From Pseudomonadota bacterium (GTDB taxonomy: Bacteria > Pseudomonadota > Alphaproteobacteria > UBA9655), in assembly GCA_018242065.1 (NCBI GenBank), contig JAFECQ010000006.1, forward strand, positions 121,860 through 185,859: a stretch of DNA of 64,000 nucleotides, given 5' to 3'. The notes under the pieces were generated by a model, which was not told where the DNA came from, ran no database searches, and saw only the letters and a program-made list of their open reading frames with translations. The translations under genes were made by a program, and so were the position numbers. Positions 1-9,674 of the stretch are shown here, in pieces; within the stretch, counting starts at the first letter, position 1; every line of letters starts with the position of its first letter.

Positions 1-166
1 TTTGGACTAAGCTTCCCACATGAAAACTACTAGCAGTTGCGTCAAAACCAATATAAGCGGTTAAGGGGCCTTCCATGATCCGCGCGTCAAGAGCTTCAAG
101 ATCGGTTCCTTGATGAACAAAACCGCGCTCGCTCAGAACTTTTAAGAGTTCAGATTTTGGGTTCAT
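1..166 (-). CDS. tyrS: Tyrosyl-tRNA synthetase, N-terminal 55 codons (runs off left edge)
   Basis: Not in the ORF track. The reverse complement of 1-166 reads [55 protein letters not shown]. This matches the TyrRS N-terminus up to the HIGH-type motif region (GFD.TA.S.HVG). The ATG at 166-164 lies 17 nt inside the phoU 3' end, in another frame. Confidence 0.7.
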   Translation of the reverse strand, partial: MNPKSELLKVLSERGFVHQGTDLEALDARIMEGPLTAYIGFDATASSFHVGSLVQ

Positions 167-839
167 TTTTCACATTATCGCTTTCTTTAAATGGCTTTCC
201 CGTAATCATCGTATAAACAGCCTCAGCAATGTTCTGAGATTGGTCTCCGATGCGTTCAATGTTTTTTGCAGCGAATAAAAGTTGAGTGCAAGGACCAACA
301 TTTTTAGGGTCTTCTATCATTTCAGAAAAAATTTTATGAAGATAGGCTTGATAGAGCACATCAACTTCACGATCCATATGCCAAACCTGAAGAGCTAAAT
401 TGAGATCTGATAATTCAAATGCTTTTAGAGCGTCTTTAATCATACGCATAGGAATTTGAACAAGGGTTGATAACCCTTTTACCTCTGGAAAAAGAGGCAT
501 GTCTTTTAGGATAAGAGCAAACTTGGCTATATTTGTGGCGTAATCAGCAATTCTCTCGACTTGGTTTGAAATTTTAAGTGCGGCAACAACAGTGCGTAAA
601 TCAGATGCAACGGGTTGACGAAGAGCGAGAATTCGAATGGCAAGATCGTCGACTTTCGTTTCTAAGAGATTGATCTCGTGATCACGGTCAATGACTTCTC
701 TTGCAAGTACAGCATCGCATTCGATGATGGATTGGGTTGCTTTTGAGATTTGCTCAAAGGTGAGTTCTCCCATATGACGTATAAGACTATGAAGGGCTTT
801 AAGCTCATCATCGTAAGCTTTAACAATATGATTATTCAT
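150..839 (-). CDS. phoU: Phosphate signalling/transport accessory protein PhoU
   Basis: 229 aa with two PhoU repeats ([10 protein letters not shown]...[13 protein letters not shown] and DREVDVLY...[14 protein letters not shown]). ATGA overlap with the pstB stop. Confidence 0.92.
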   Translation of the reverse strand: MNNHIVKAYDDELKALHSLIRHMGELTFEQISKATQSIIECDAVLAREVIDRDHEINLLETKVDDLAIRILALRQPVASDLRTVVAALKISNQVERIADYATNIAKFALILKDMPLFPEVKGLSTLVQIPMRMIKDALKAFELSDLNLALQVWHMDREVDVLYQAYLHKIFSEMIEDPKNVGPCTQLLFAAKNIERIGDQSQNIAEAVYTMITGKPFKESDNVKNEPKI

Positions 840-1594
840 CCATAACGTCCTGTAATGTATCCTTGTGTGCGTTCATCATGGGGTGTGGTAAAGAGAGCCC
901 CAGTCTCTCTCGCTTCTACAAGATATCCGCTATGAAAAAAAGCTGTTTGTTGAGAAACACGGGCTGCTTGTTGAAGATTATGAGTTACAATAACAATGGT
1001 AAACTTTTCGCGCAATTCATCAATGAGTTCTTCTACTTTTGCGGTTGCGATAGGGTCTAGGGCCGAACAAGGCTCGTCCATTAAGATGACCTCGGGATTG
1101 ACAGCTATTGCCCTTGCGATACAAAGACGTTGTTGTTGGCCTCCAGAAAGACGCATTGCAGGTTGCGGAAGACGGTCTTTAACCTCTCCCCATAGTCCCG
1201 CACGAACCAGGCTTTTTTCAACGATTTGATCGAGCTCGCTTTTCGTTTTAAAAAGTCTATGAATGCGAGGACCATAAGCTACATTTTCATAGATAGACCG
1301 TGGAAAAGGATTGGGCTTTTGAAAAACCATACCTACCTTTGTTCGTAAGGAAACAACATCTACAGATGGAGCGTATATATCCTGTCCATCGAGGAGAACT
1401 TGTCCCTCTACGTGCGCTTGTAACACAATATCATTCATACGATTAAGGCATTTTAAGAACGAGCTTTTTCCACATCCTGATGGTCCAATTAAGGCAGTTG
1501 TTTGCAAAGCTGGAAGTCCCAGATTGACATTGAAAAGAGCTTGCTTATCTCCATAAAAGAGATTGAGTTGTTTGACGTCCATTTTGAAGGTCAT
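836..1594 (-). CDS. pstB: Phosphate ABC transporter ATP-binding protein PstB
   Basis: Walker [10 protein letters not shown], signature LSGGQQQRL, Walker [12 protein letters not shown], and PstB-typical [10 protein letters not shown] prefer the ATG at 1594 ([10 protein letters not shown]), 1 nt after the pstA stop. The ORF-track start at 1636 would overlap pstA by 41 nt. Confidence 0.93.
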   Translation of the reverse strand: MTFKMDVKQLNLFYGDKQALFNVNLGLPALQTTALIGPSGCGKSSFLKCLNRMNDIVLQAHVEGQVLLDGQDIYAPSVDVVSLRTKVGMVFQKPNPFPRSIYENVAYGPRIHRLFKTKSELDQIVEKSLVRAGLWGEVKDRLPQPAMRLSGGQQQRLCIARAIAVNPEVILMDEPCSALDPIATAKVEELIDELREKFTIVIVTHNLQQAARVSQQTAFFHSGYLVEARETGALFTTPHDERTQGYITGRYG

Positions 1595-1595
1595 G

Positions 1596-2651
1596 TTAAG
1601 TCTCATATTTTTTACGAATAAAGATAGCAATGCCATTTAAAAGAGCAAGAAGAAGAAGCAAGATCAAAATAGCACCAGAAGTGTTCTCTACAAAGCCCAT
1701 TTCGGGACTGCGTGACCAATTAAAAATCTGGACGGGTAAAACAGTCGCAGGATCAAGAAATGAAGATGGTGGATTGCCTATAAAAGCCACCATTCCTATC
1801 ATAAGGAGCGGCGCGGTTTCTCCAAGAGCGCGGGCAAGGCTTAAGATTAGACCGGTCATGATTCCAGGCAGAGCTGAGGGTATAACATGATGAAAGAGTA
1901 CCTGGAGAGGCGTTGCGCCAAGTCCAAGAGCAGATTCTTTGAGGGTTGATGGGACAGATGAAAGTGCTGCGCGTGTTGCAACAATAATTACGGGGAGACT
2001 CATCAATCCAAGAGTTAGTCCACCAACAAGAGCAGAAGGTCGAGGCAGACCCATGAAATGGATAAAAATAACCAGACCTAAAAGGCCAAATAAAATAGAA
2101 GGAACAGCTGCTAAGTTATTAATGTTTGCTTCAAGTAAGTGAGTAAGGCGATTTTTAGGAGCAAATTCTTCGAGGTAAAGAGCTGTTCCTATACCTAAAG
2201 GAAAGGCAGTAGTAAACGTTACTAAGAGAGTAAGAATGGATCCTAAAAGACCTCCCCAAATGCCTGCAAGTTCTGGCTCTCGTGAATCAGAATGGGTAAA
2301 AAAAGCCCAATTGAAACTCAAACGAATTTGTCCATTCTCTTTTAGAGAATTAATAGTATCAAGTTGATTTGATGTTAACTTTCCAAGTTTTCCATGTTTG
2401 TAATACATATCGACAGCATCAGAGGCGATACTCCACGATTTTTTCTGATTCGTATATTGTTCAAAAGCATTTAAAAGATCTTGAGGTGCACTTCCACCTG
2501 CAATTTCTGTTCTCAAAAAGGCAGAATACCCCGTTGAGAAAATCTCCATAAAAATAACACCTAAGAAAAATAGAACGAGGTAGAGACTCATTTGTCCCGT
2601 TCTTTTAAACCATTTTTCCCGTCGGTGTCGTTTTTTTAAAATAAGTTTCAT
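1596..2651 (-). CDS. pstA: Phosphate ABC transporter permease PstA
   Basis: 351 aa polytopic membrane protein with the binding-protein-dependent permease loop ([15 protein letters not shown]). It sits upstream of pstB. ATGA overlap with the preceding small ORF. Confidence 0.9.
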   Translation of the reverse strand: MKLILKKRHRREKWFKRTGQMSLYLVLFFLGVIFMEIFSTGYSAFLRTEIAGGSAPQDLLNAFEQYTNQKKSWSIASDAVDMYYKHGKLGKLTSNQLDTINSLKENGQIRLSFNWAFFTHSDSREPELAGIWGGLLGSILTLLVTFTTAFPLGIGTALYLEEFAPKNRLTHLLEANINNLAAVPSILFGLLGLVIFIHFMGLPRPSALVGGLTLGLMSLPVIIVATRAALSSVPSTLKESALGLGATPLQVLFHHVIPSALPGIMTGLILSLARALGETAPLLMIGMVAFIGNPPSSFLDPATVLPVQIFNWSRSPEMGFVENTSGAILILLLLLALLNGIAIFIRKKYET

Positions 2652-2884
2652 GAGAGCTTTCTAAAGATAAAGAAAACAATATTAAGGATGATTCCTACGA
2701 TTAGGACAACACTTGCAATAATAAGGAAACCAAAAGCAAATAAAATTGCAACTGCAATAAGCATTGCTAGCGCTAACCAATGTTTCCAGGTCCAACGGGG
2801 AGATGTTGTCTGCCATTCCCAACTTTCTACTTGGAGGTGAATTTTTTCAGGTTCATTATTATCGGAGGGAATTTTTTTAGCCAT
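2648..2884 (-). CDS. Hypothetical 78-aa membrane protein inserted between pstC and pstA
   Basis: ATG at 2884 is preceded by AAGAGGA 4 nt upstream. There is an 8-nt overlap with the pstC end and an ATGA overlap with the pstA start. The N-terminus is Trp-rich and polar (ESWEWQTTSPRWTWKHW), followed by about 40 hydrophobic residues (probably two TM segments). I do not recognise a family. Confidence 0.55.
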   Translation of the reverse strand: MAKKIPSDNNEPEKIHLQVESWEWQTTSPRWTWKHWLALAMLIAVAILFAFGFLIIASVVLIVGIILNIVFFIFRKLS

Positions 2885-3782
2885 GAATCCTCTTATATTT
2901 TTTTATGCCATATAACGCTAGTATATTTAAAATTAAGGTTAAAATAAACAGGACGAATCCCAGCCCAAATGCAGCAAGAGTTTTGGCATTATCAAATTCT
3001 TGATCACCGGTTAAAAGATTCACGATTTGAACGGTTACGGTGGTGACAGCTTGCAGAGGGTTGAAGCTTAAATTTGCTGCAAGCCCAGCGGCCATGACCA
3101 CAATCATTGTTTCTCCAATAGCACGAGAAAGGGAAAGTAAAAAAGCAGCCATAAGATTTGGGAAAGCGGCGGGGAGAAGAACACGCATAATCGTTTCAGA
3201 TGAAGTCGCTCCAAGCCCCATGGATCCTTCTCTTAAACTGAGAGGCAATCGATGAAGCGCATCTTCACAAAGAGATGTCATGTAAGGCAAAATCATAATT
3301 CCCATAACGAGCCCGGCATTTATTGCGCTTTCGCTGGCAATAGTTAGATGAAAGGTTTCTGCTATGTTTCGTAACAATGGAGCAAGGGTTGTAGCTGCAA
3401 AAAAACCATAAACGAGCGTTGGAATTCCTGCTAAAATTTCAAGAAGAGGTTTGACTGTCTGCCGTATCTTGGTTGGTGCGTATTCTGAAAGATAGATTGC
3501 GACCATGGTTCCACACGGAATTGCAATAAGCATAGCAATGAGTGTAATGAGAGCGGTTCCTGTGAAAAGAGGAATGGCACCGAACCCTACGGCTTCTCCT
3601 GTGGGTAAAACACGAGGCGCCCACGTTAAACCAAACAGAAAATCGAACAAAGAGACACGCGCAAAAAATCTGAAAGCCTCTCCAATTAATGAAACAACAA
3701 TTCCAATCGTAACGATGACAGCGCCTAAGGCACAAAGAAAGAAAAAACAACGAACGAATCGTTCAAGCCAGAGTGATCTCAT
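2877..3782 (-). CDS. pstC: Phosphate ABC transporter permease PstC
   Basis: 301 aa polytopic membrane protein with permease loop SLSRAIGETMIVVMAAG. ATGA overlap with the pstS stop. Confidence 0.9.
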   Translation of the reverse strand: MRSLWLERFVRCFFFLCALGAVIVTIGIVVSLIGEAFRFFARVSLFDFLFGLTWAPRVLPTGEAVGFGAIPLFTGTALITLIAMLIAIPCGTMVAIYLSEYAPTKIRQTVKPLLEILAGIPTLVYGFFAATTLAPLLRNIAETFHLTIASESAINAGLVMGIMILPYMTSLCEDALHRLPLSLREGSMGLGATSSETIMRVLLPAAFPNLMAAFLLSLSRAIGETMIVVMAAGLAANLSFNPLQAVTTVTVQIVNLLTGDQEFDNAKTLAAFGLGFVLFILTLILNILALYGIKKYKRIHG

Positions 3783-4768
3783 GGGTTCACCATTTGTTGA
3801 AGTAAAAACGCGCGCTGCCGCATTTTTTCTTGTTCCGAGAGAGAAAGGGGAATCAAACCTTTCGCGTTTAAGTAACCCTCTTTGCCAATTGCATCCTGAG
3901 ACATAAACTCAAGAGCATATTCAATACGAGCGGGAGTGTTTTGAATATTATCCGTTCTAATGTACAGATAGAGGGGACGACTTAAGGGATAACGTCCTTG
4001 CTGAATGGTAGAAACAGACGGAAGTATATTGTTTATAGGAACAGCTCTCAGACGGTCCCAGTTTTGTTCATAAAAGCTAAAAGTAATAATTCCAATCGTT
4101 GACGTTGCGTTCAAGGCTTTTTGAATGATAAGATTTTCATTCGCTGGAGCTTCAATGTATGCTCCATCATGTCGAAGAAGGGATGCGCAGTCTGTGCCCA
4201 TTTTTTCAATAAGCACATCATATGTTCCTGATGTAGGAGCTGGACCTAGAACACGAATGGGGATATTTGGAAAAGTATTTTGAATGTCGTTCCACGTTTT
4301 AGTGGGGTTGGGGATACATTTTTTTTGCTCTAGAATTTTTTCAGAAAGGGCCTTACGTAAATCAGAAAGCGTTAGAGAAAAAGGAACTTCTTGTTTGTTT
4401 TGAATAAGAACGAGTCCATCCTGTCCAATTTTAAATTCTTCAAAATGAATGCCTTGATTTTTGCATACATTGATTTCACCGGTTGTCATAGCCCTTGAGG
4501 TAATGACTCCATCTGGGCCTTTCGTACTTCCACAGAAAAGTTTAATCCCAGCCCCGGTGCCAATGGATTCAATAAGTGGGATAGGTGTACGTGATTTATG
4601 ACCAAAATGTTCCGCAACACTTGCTGCAAAAGGAAAGACAGCTGATGAACCGACAATGTGAAGAGGTGATATAGCTTGAATATCTTGAATAAAAAGGACA
4701 AACAATAGAGAAAGGTTTAAGGTTTTAGAATAGGGTCTTTTTTTTATTCTCATTCCTTCTATTTTCAT
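3779..4768 (-). CDS. pstS: Phosphate ABC transporter substrate-binding protein PstS
   Basis: 329 aa with an N-terminal signal-like segment (LNLSLLFVLFIQDIQA). Periplasmic phosphate-binding signatures are present (GSSAVFPF, GTGAGIK, TSGTYD). It is the first gene of the pst cluster. Confidence 0.85.
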   Translation of the reverse strand: MKIEGMRIKKRPYSKTLNLSLLFVLFIQDIQAISPLHIVGSSAVFPFAASVAEHFGHKSRTPIPLIESIGTGAGIKLFCGSTKGPDGVITSRAMTTGEINVCKNQGIHFEEFKIGQDGLVLIQNKQEVPFSLTLSDLRKALSEKILEQKKCIPNPTKTWNDIQNTFPNIPIRVLGPAPTSGTYDVLIEKMGTDCASLLRHDGAYIEAPANENLIIQKALNATSTIGIITFSFYEQNWDRLRAVPINNILPSVSTIQQGRYPLSRPLYLYIRTDNIQNTPARIEYALEFMSQDAIGKEGYLNAKGLIPLSLSEQEKMRQRAFLLQQMVNP

Positions 4769-4820
4769 GTTTTCGAGTATGCCAGAAAAGAAAGAAAAAG
4801 ACCAAATATTTTGAGGGGGT

Positions 4821-5828
4821 TTACGCTTCTCGATGAAGAGAAAGATAAACCAAATTTTGTAAGGCCTCTTTAAGAGAAGAGTCAGGGAAAATATTTAAAC
4901 AATCGATAGCTTTAGCTGCAAATTTTTGTGCGAGCGCTTTTGCTTCGTGTAAAGCACCAGATTCATGCAATAGATATGTTGCGCGTGTAAGGGATTTTTC
5001 ATCACGTGCTTCTTGTTTGAAGGCTTCTTCCCAGAAGATATGATCGAGACCCTTTTCATAGGCAAGAATTACGGGAAGTGTTACTTTTCCTTCACGGAAA
5101 TCGTCACCAATTTTCTTTCCCAGTTTTTCCTGATTGGCGGTATAATCAAGAACATCATCCATCAGTTGGAAAGCAATTCCAAGAGAGCGTCCCAATTGAG
5201 ATAAAGCTTTTTGATTAATTTGAGGTGCCTGGGCAACAACAGCTCCTACCTCCGCTGCAGCTGAAAAAAGGCAAGCTGTTTTAGCCTCAATAATTTTTAA
5301 ATACATCTCTTGAGTAAGCTCTAGAGAATGACTTGACGTTAGCTGAAGCACCTCGCCTTCAGCGATAGTTGAAGAGGCTTTAGAAAGGATCTGAAGGACA
5401 TCTAATGAACCATCTTCAATCATGAGTTCAAAAGCTCGACTAAAAAGAAAGTCTCCCACCAGGACACTTGCTTTATTGCTCCACAAAGTATTAGCGGTGC
5501 ACATACCACGTCGAAGCGTGCTTTCATCGACGACATCATCATGTAGAAGAGTGGCCGTATGGATGAACTCAACACATGCTGCTAATTGTATGTGTCTTTT
5601 TCCCTTATAGCCACATAGCTCGGCGCAAGCGATCGTTAAAAGAGGCCTTAGACGTTTCCCCCCTAGAGAAATGAGATACCCTGCAATTTGTGGAATGAGA
5701 GCTACAGGACTCTGCATTTTTTCAAGGATGCAAGCATCAACGGACGCTAATTGAGTCTTTAAAAGAGATGTTAAGGATGTATGAGCTAATGGTGGTGAAA
5801 AAGAAGGTTTTAAAGTAGGGGGCATCAA
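4821..5828 (-). CDS. ispB: Long-chain (octaprenyl-type) polyprenyl diphosphate synthase
   Basis: 335 aa with both Asp-rich motifs of trans-prenyltransferases (LLHDDVVDES and QLMDDVLDYT). Confidence 0.88.
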   Translation of the reverse strand: MMPPTLKPSFSPPLAHTSLTSLLKTQLASVDACILEKMQSPVALIPQIAGYLISLGGKRLRPLLTIACAELCGYKGKRHIQLAACVEFIHTATLLHDDVVDESTLRRGMCTANTLWSNKASVLVGDFLFSRAFELMIEDGSLDVLQILSKASSTIAEGEVLQLTSSHSLELTQEMYLKIIEAKTACLFSAAAEVGAVVAQAPQINQKALSQLGRSLGIAFQLMDDVLDYTANQEKLGKKIGDDFREGKVTLPVILAYEKGLDHIFWEEAFKQEARDEKSLTRATYLLHESGALHEAKALAQKFAAKAIDCLNIFPDSSLKEALQNLVYLSLHREA

Positions 5829-5909
5829 AAGTGCATTTCCTGTCTTGCGTTTATTGTTTAACTTACCCTAATTTAAGCATAAGATTCTAGTCTTAAAAGA
5901 GAATAATCC

Positions 5910-7088
5910 ATGGCACATGTAATTATCGTTGGTGGTGGGCTCACAGGAGGGACGTTAGCGTATGCTTTAGCTCAAAGGGGCTTAGAAGTCATTATTATAG
6001 ATCAAATAGACCCTCATTTGCCCATTATCTCTGATGGTAGATCTTTTGCTCTTTCTCGCAGTTCTTATAATATTTTTAAAAAACTCAATATGTGGCCAAA
6101 AGAAGCAACGCCCATTACCATGATTCATACTTCTGATGGTGTTCTACCAAGGTGGATTGACTATCATGCAGATGACGTTGGTGGAATACCTCTAGGCTAT
6201 GTGGTGGATAGCGCCCTTTTAAAATCCAAAATTATGCACCAAGTGCATTCTGCTAAAAATATTAAATTCTACGCTCCAGCATCGGTGATTCGTTTAGAAA
6301 GAAAATCTTCTTATGCATTGATTGAAACCAATCAAGGCGAGATTTTAACGGCTCCTCTTTGTATTGCTGCCGACGGGAAGTTTTCGAATTTAAGAACATG
6401 GGCGGAGATTCCTGTTGTGGAATGGGCCTATCATCAGACAGCTATTGTATGTAACTTTTCTCACGATTCTCCTCATGAGAATAGAGCATTTGAACACTTT
6501 TTGCCCTCAGGACCACTGGCTTTTGTTCCTCGACCCGGCAATGAGTCAGGACTTGTTTGGTCGATTGAAAAAGAAAAAGCAGATGTGCTTTTAGCTCTTT
6601 CTGAAAATGAATTTGTAGAAGAAGTCCAGGCACATTTTGGGGAATCATTAGGACGTTTAAAACTTTCAAGTAAACGTTGGGCCTACCCTCTGAATGTCAG
6701 GTTGCCTAAGCGGCTGATAGATAAACGGTTAGCTCTTGTGGGAGATGCCGCACATACCTTTCACCCTGTTGCAGGACAAGGATTAAATGTGGGACTGAGA
6801 GACGTGGCAACACTCGTAGATGTGTTGGCAGAGGCTTTTTCATTAGGCCTTGATCTCGGATCTGCTTCTTTACTGAATCGTTACCAAAAAATGAGGCAAG
6901 CAGACATTGTGTCCATGGCCCTTCTCATGGATGGGTTTGTTCGTATTTTTTCAACTCAAAGTCGCTTTATGGCACGCGTTCGCTCAGTTGGTTTTGGTGT
7001 GGTGAAACACTGCTCTCCTTTAAAACGTTTGATGATTCGTCATGCAATGGGTTCTACGGGACGAGTTCCTTATTTGGCTCGAGATTGA
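5910..7088 (+). CDS. UbiH/UbiF/VisC/COQ6-family FAD-dependent ubiquinone-biosynthesis hydroxylase
   Basis: 392 aa with an N-terminal FAD motif (VIIVGGGLTGGTLAYALA) and C-terminal GDAAHTFHPVAGQGLNVGLRD. Divergent from ispB. The 3' end overlaps the convergent ccmF::ccmH by 19 nt. Confidence 0.8.
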   Translation: MAHVIIVGGGLTGGTLAYALAQRGLEVIIIDQIDPHLPIISDGRSFALSRSSYNIFKKLNMWPKEATPITMIHTSDGVLPRWIDYHADDVGGIPLGYVVDSALLKSKIMHQVHSAKNIKFYAPASVIRLERKSSYALIETNQGEILTAPLCIAADGKFSNLRTWAEIPVVEWAYHQTAIVCNFSHDSPHENRAFEHFLPSGPLAFVPRPGNESGLVWSIEKEKADVLLALSENEFVEEVQAHFGESLGRLKLSSKRWAYPLNVRLPKRLIDKRLALVGDAAHTFHPVAGQGLNVGLRDVATLVDVLAEAFSLGLDLGSASLLNRYQKMRQADIVSMALLMDGFVRIFSTQSRFMARVRSVGFGVVKHCSPLKRLMIRHAMGSTGRVPYLARD

Positions 7089-9250
7089 TATCCCTTCCAA
7101 AAAAACCCTAAAAGGATCAGAAAGAAGAGCCCAAAAGGCAAAAACCATAGGAAGTAGGTTTTCTTATCAAAAGGAGGGTGAAATAAGATTTCATCTCCAA
7201 AAAGAGTGCGAAGCTCATCACGGATCATCTCATCAGACTTGCCTTCTTTCAATTGTTCGATAATAAACCCTCGTATAGCTTTTGAATCAGGCGTTTCTGA
7301 ATCTGCAATAGACTGGCCTGCGCATTCAGGACAACGCACTTCTTTGTATAATGCTTGTGCTCGTGTATCGTATGTGCTTTCAGCATAAGAAAAAGTGGGA
7401 AGCAAAAGTAAAGTTAAGATCAAAAGAGATTTTTTTCTGATGAGTGAAAAAAAAGCGCCTAGAGCCATCAGAAGGCCACCACACCAGATCCAAGGAGCGA
7501 GAGGAATGAGAGACGCTTTGATAAGCCAGCGATTATTTCCCTGATACGGACCTAAAATGACGTAAAGATCTTTTAAGCCATTCGTTAAGATTGCAGTTTC
7601 GCTTAAAAGCATATCTTGAGGTTGATATAATCGCTTTTCTGGCATAAGGCTTCCTCCCTGGGATGTTAACGTGGCTCTTTCATAATGATAGGTTGGCGTT
7701 TGTCCTAGTTGAACCTTTTCTAATGTAATCTTTGTATGACCAATGGTAAAGTTTTCGTTTAATCCGAGAATGTGCGTTTCATCAATACGAAACCCTCCTC
7801 CTACGCTGACGCCTAAGAGTGACACACCAATACCAACATGAGCAAGAGTTGCTCCAAGTGAGAGACGCTTTTTGAAACAAGCAATGACAGTTCCTCCAAG
7901 AGTCCAGGTGGCCAAGGAAATGCCAAAAAATGCCCATAAAGAGAGAGGGTAAATAACATAAAGCAAGAAAACAACAACTCCTAACGTTACAGTTAAAGGA
8001 GCAAGCAGCAGGTGAAAAAAAGATTCTCCTTTTTTTCCGAAGAGAGAGCCTATAGGAATCAGAATAAAAAGAGGGAGTATGAGAGGAATGAATGTTTTTT
8101 CAAAATATGGGGAGCCGACAGAAATTTTTTCGTCCCATATCCACTCACTCCATAGGGGGTAAAGTGTTCCTAAGAGAACAGTTACGAGCCCAACACACAA
8201 AAGTAGAGAGTTAAGAAGAAGCCCTCCTTTTCGTGAAAAGATTTCGAGAGGTGGATTTTGCAGTTGAGGTGTTTTCCATATCCACATTAAGAAAGAAAAA
8301 CCCATGATTCCTCCTAAGAGAGAGAGAAGGAAATATCCTCTGTCTGAACTTTGAGCAAAAGAGTGAACAGACATGACAAGCCCCGACCTCACAAGAAAGG
8401 TTCCAAGAAGGCATAACCCAAAAGTTAAAAAATTTAAAAAAAGGCTCCAACGATAAAGTGAGCCTGTACGTAAAGTATGAATTAGAGCGGTTGCCGTAAG
8501 CCATGGCATGAATGAAGCATTTTCGACTGGATCCCAGAACCACCAGCCTCCCCATCCAAGTTCATAGTAAGCCCACCAACTTCCTAAAGCAATGCCAGCT
8601 GTAAGCATCGCCCAAGCGTATAAAACCCACGGACGGGTAATGCTTGCCCAAGACGTGCCTTCCTCTTTACCCCATAAAGCTGCGAGACCTAAAGAAAAAG
8701 GAGCTGAAAATCCCACATATCCAAGATAAAGCAAGGGAGGGTGAATCAAAAGTCCGCGATCTTGAAGAAGTGGGTTGAGGGATTGTCCTTCGGGGAGTGT
8801 AAATGGAAAAGATATGAACGGATTAGAAGTTATTAACAAAAAAAGTAAAAATAAGACCGTTAAAAAGCCTTGAAAAAAGAGTGTGCGAGCTTTGAAAATG
8901 GGGTTTTTCAAAAGGATCGCTTCAGTAACTCCCATCATAGATAAAATAAAAACGAAAAAAAGAAGGGATCCTTCGTGATTTCCCCATGTGGCAGCTATTC
9001 GATAGTACCAAGGTAGCTGACTATGATTATTGAATACAACGGTTGTGAGAGAAAAATCACAGACGAAGAAAGCTGTCATTAAAGTTAAAAAAGCTGCGGC
9101 CATAAATCCGCCTTGTAGGTAGGTAGCTGCGCTACCCAAACTCAGAAATTTAGAATGGGTCCTAAAAACTCCCCAAAAAGACGACGCAATCTGCACACAT
9201 GCAAATCCAAATGCTAGAGCTAAGAAAAAATTTCCGATTTCACCGAGCAT
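7070..9250 (-). CDS. ccmF: Cytochrome c heme lyase CcmF fused in frame to thiol-oxidoreductase CcmH (CycL)
   Basis: 726 aa. The first ~575 aa form a CcmF-type polytopic protein with the WWD region (WGGWWFWDPVENASFMPW). This is followed by a signal-peptide-like segment (KKSLLILTLLLLPTFSYA). A CcmH domain comes next, with the redox motif RCPECAGQSIADS and a C-terminal TM segment. Confidence 0.85.
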   Translation of the reverse strand: MLGEIGNFFLALAFGFACVQIASSFWGVFRTHSKFLSLGSAATYLQGGFMAAAFLTLMTAFFVCDFSLTTVVFNNHSQLPWYYRIAATWGNHEGSLLFFVFILSMMGVTEAILLKNPIFKARTLFFQGFLTVLFLLFLLITSNPFISFPFTLPEGQSLNPLLQDRGLLIHPPLLYLGYVGFSAPFSLGLAALWGKEEGTSWASITRPWVLYAWAMLTAGIALGSWWAYYELGWGGWWFWDPVENASFMPWLTATALIHTLRTGSLYRWSLFLNFLTFGLCLLGTFLVRSGLVMSVHSFAQSSDRGYFLLSLLGGIMGFSFLMWIWKTPQLQNPPLEIFSRKGGLLLNSLLLCVGLVTVLLGTLYPLWSEWIWDEKISVGSPYFEKTFIPLILPLFILIPIGSLFGKKGESFFHLLLAPLTVTLGVVVFLLYVIYPLSLWAFFGISLATWTLGGTVIACFKKRLSLGATLAHVGIGVSLLGVSVGGGFRIDETHILGLNENFTIGHTKITLEKVQLGQTPTYHYERATLTSQGGSLMPEKRLYQPQDMLLSETAILTNGLKDLYVILGPYQGNNRWLIKASLIPLAPWIWCGGLLMALGAFFSLIRKKSLLILTLLLLPTFSYAESTYDTRAQALYKEVRCPECAGQSIADSETPDSKAIRGFIIEQLKEGKSDEMIRDELRTLFGDEILFHPPFDKKTYFLWFLPFGLFFLILLGFFWKGYQSRAK

Positions 9251-9674
9251 TGTGCCAGAGACCTTCTTCCTTTAATCGTTCAGCAACTTCCGGGGGCATG
9301 TAGTTTTCATCGTGTTTTGCCAAAACAGTTTCGGCTTGAAAATGATCGGGTTGACGTAAATAGCCTTCGGCTACAATACCTTGCCCTTCACGAAAAAGAT
9401 CTGGAAGTAGCCCATCATAACTGACTTTAAGGATTATTTTGTGATCCGTAATTTCAAAATATATTTTTTCTCCTGTCTGCTGAACCGAATGGGGCTTAAC
9501 AAGTCCACCTATGCGGATGCGTTGTGTGGCATGTATTTTCTTTTGTGTTAAGTCAGAAGGAGTGTAAAAAAATACGAGGTTTTCTCGAAAAGCAGTGAGT
9601 ATTAAAAAAGTAGAGACCCCAATTCCGAGAAGAGCCACCCCAATAAGAAGAAAACGTTGGTGTTTAGGTTTCAT
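9240..9674 (-). CDS. ccmE: Heme chaperone CcmE
   Basis: 144 aa with an N-terminal membrane anchor, an OB-fold body, and the heme-binding His in C-terminal LAKHDENYMPPEV. 11-nt overlap with the ccmF start. Confidence 0.92.
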   Translation of the reverse strand: MKPKHQRFLLIGVALLGIGVSTFLILTAFRENLVFFYTPSDLTQKKIHATQRIRIGGLVKPHSVQQTGEKIYFEITDHKIILKVSYDGLLPDLFREGQGIVAEGYLRQPDHFQAETVLAKHDENYMPPEVAERLKEEGLWHNAR

